A DNA stretch of 64,000 nucleotides from Squalus acanthias. Its lineage: Eukaryota. The notes under the pieces were generated by a model, which did not search any database, was not told the origin of the DNA, and saw only the letters and a program-made list of their open reading frames with translations. Below, in pieces: positions 62,401-64,000 of the stretch; within the stretch, counting starts at the first letter, position 1, and each line of letters starts with the position of its first letter. Both the position numbers and the translations under genes were made by a program. The stretch spans positions 32,240,001 to 32,304,000 of the forward strand of contig CM059429.1 of assembly GCA_030390025.1 (NCBI GenBank), given 5' to 3'.

Positions 62401-64000
62401 TCTTTAACTACTGCCAGAAGTTGAAACTCGATTATGTCGAATCTATAGTTCCCTTTAGTTTTTCACGACCTGATTAATGCTTCGGTGTGGTCCCTATACA
62501 GGCGATGAATCGTACTCTTTCTGCCTCCACTATCACAGACAGTACCGGAATGCAGAGGGGCTTTATCTTCTATTTATCCCAGAGGTTGCTTTGTAAGTCT
62601 GCAATCAAAGTACAGTATGCACAATTGTAAACCCATGCATTACACAAAACTATCCGCAGCTGTATTAATGACTTGTAATTTAACTGGAGTATTCGAATGT
62701 ATTATATGCAAATAACAATGACGTGTTTTGAATTTGACCATTATTGCATAGGAAATACTGGGCACTCTCCATATTTCTTGCTCAGTTTAAAGATTTGTCT
62801 ACCAACTTGTTTCGAAAGCCATCCGAAGGCCGATAGATATATTTTAGATTTACATTTGCACACATTTTATTTAATATCAAAGATCAACCTTTCATGTGTT
62901 CTGGAAATGACCAATAGCTGAAGTTAAGTATATATCCCACAAATCTGTTCTAGAACATTTCCCCCAGGTAACACATTCTAGATAATATAACATAATAGTG
63001 TGAATGACGTAGTTAATGCTTTATAGTCCTCAAGTCTAACTAAAAACATTCCCTGTTTCCAGCACAACTGTTGGAGATTTTCAGTCAATAAACGGAATAT
63101 ATGGGCTGTCGGTTCAATGAAATGCATATTGTTTACTAAAAAAAACTAGTACATGTAAAATAATGTGGCCTGATTCTGCTTCTGTGTCAAAATGCATAAT
63201 TAGTCTGCAGTGATTATTTTCCAGTTCACAGAAGACGTGGAGAATCAGACTGGTGTTTGTGTTAAAGTGTAATATGTATTGTATATGTATAATTGCCTTA
63301 AATGTAGTTTGCCAGTACTCACTGTACTTTTAGTCTCCCACCTGCACACTAGCAAACTGGATTAACTAACACCACTGGTGTTGAGCAAGGCCATTGATCT
63401 GGGGAACATCATCAAATTTCTCATTAACTTTTACAGGCAGTTGCTGCAGCACAACTTGAAGCTCGTGTTCCTCTCTGAGCAGGACCAGGGAGTTGATGGC
63501 CGAAATCTGTTGCAAGAAGACCGCCCTGCAGAAGTGCATGCAATCGCTGGGATTCAGGCATTGCACATTATTATAAATAACGCGGGTTCACACGCTTATC
63601 AAGTAACGGCAGAACAACCGAGCCATTTTAATCAAGTGGTTATCTTAACCATCATGGAGATCAGAGCGCTATCACTGTGGGGCTCGTCATTGTGCTTATG
63701 CTGGAAATGACAGCTCTCTGACTAATGGGGACCAGTCAGTGGATGAGATTTCAGTACCCTGCACTAAAATTCACGCATTACCATTTCATTAAAACACACG
63801 GAAAGAAAGCATGCTTTTTAAGCAGTTATTAAGACTGATGCCTAATTGTTCGGTCGGGACCCAAAATAAATTGCAGAGAACTCCCCAAAGTCAGCGGTCT
63901 TTTTCTTAACCTTCCCCAGTATTGGAAACTGCCAGGAATCAACTCTGCGCTGAACTTTTCTGGAAACGTCACTTTAAAAAAAGTCATGTATAAATATTGT

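Noticed and set aside
63366-63710. Protein-coding exon on either strand
   Set aside because: Non-ATG starts and no recognisable homology in the frames I translated.

Overview
Vertebrate genomic DNA, most likely a cartilaginous fish (shark-type CR1/L2 LINEs, Deu-domain SINEs and Sox2 protein). The only host protein-coding gene is the single-exon Sox2 (43162-44094, +), with its GC-rich promoter, conserved 3' UTR and recognisable cis-regulatory landscape: N2/SRR1 upstream, an SRR2-like element at about +3.8 kb, candidate N5/N1 elements, and a putative SOX2-OT lncRNA exon at 34389-34653. The left ~31 kb is CpG-poor and transposon-rich (CR1, L2, a Zenon-like LINE, SINEs, hAT elements and several ~0.7 kb MITEs with 3-bp TSDs). 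The right ~32 kb is AT-rich yet retains CpG and is nearly transposon-free, like a DNA-methylation valley. The most novel-looking signal is in a young CR1 with an intact ORF2: ORF2 has no ATG before its endonuclease domain and overlaps the ORF1 stop in the -1 frame across an in-phase T_TTA_AAC slippery heptamer, which suggests programmed ribosomal frameshifting. Comparisons to mammalian or chicken elements are from memory and need alignment. Nearly all other short ORFs in the track are spurious or transposon fragments.
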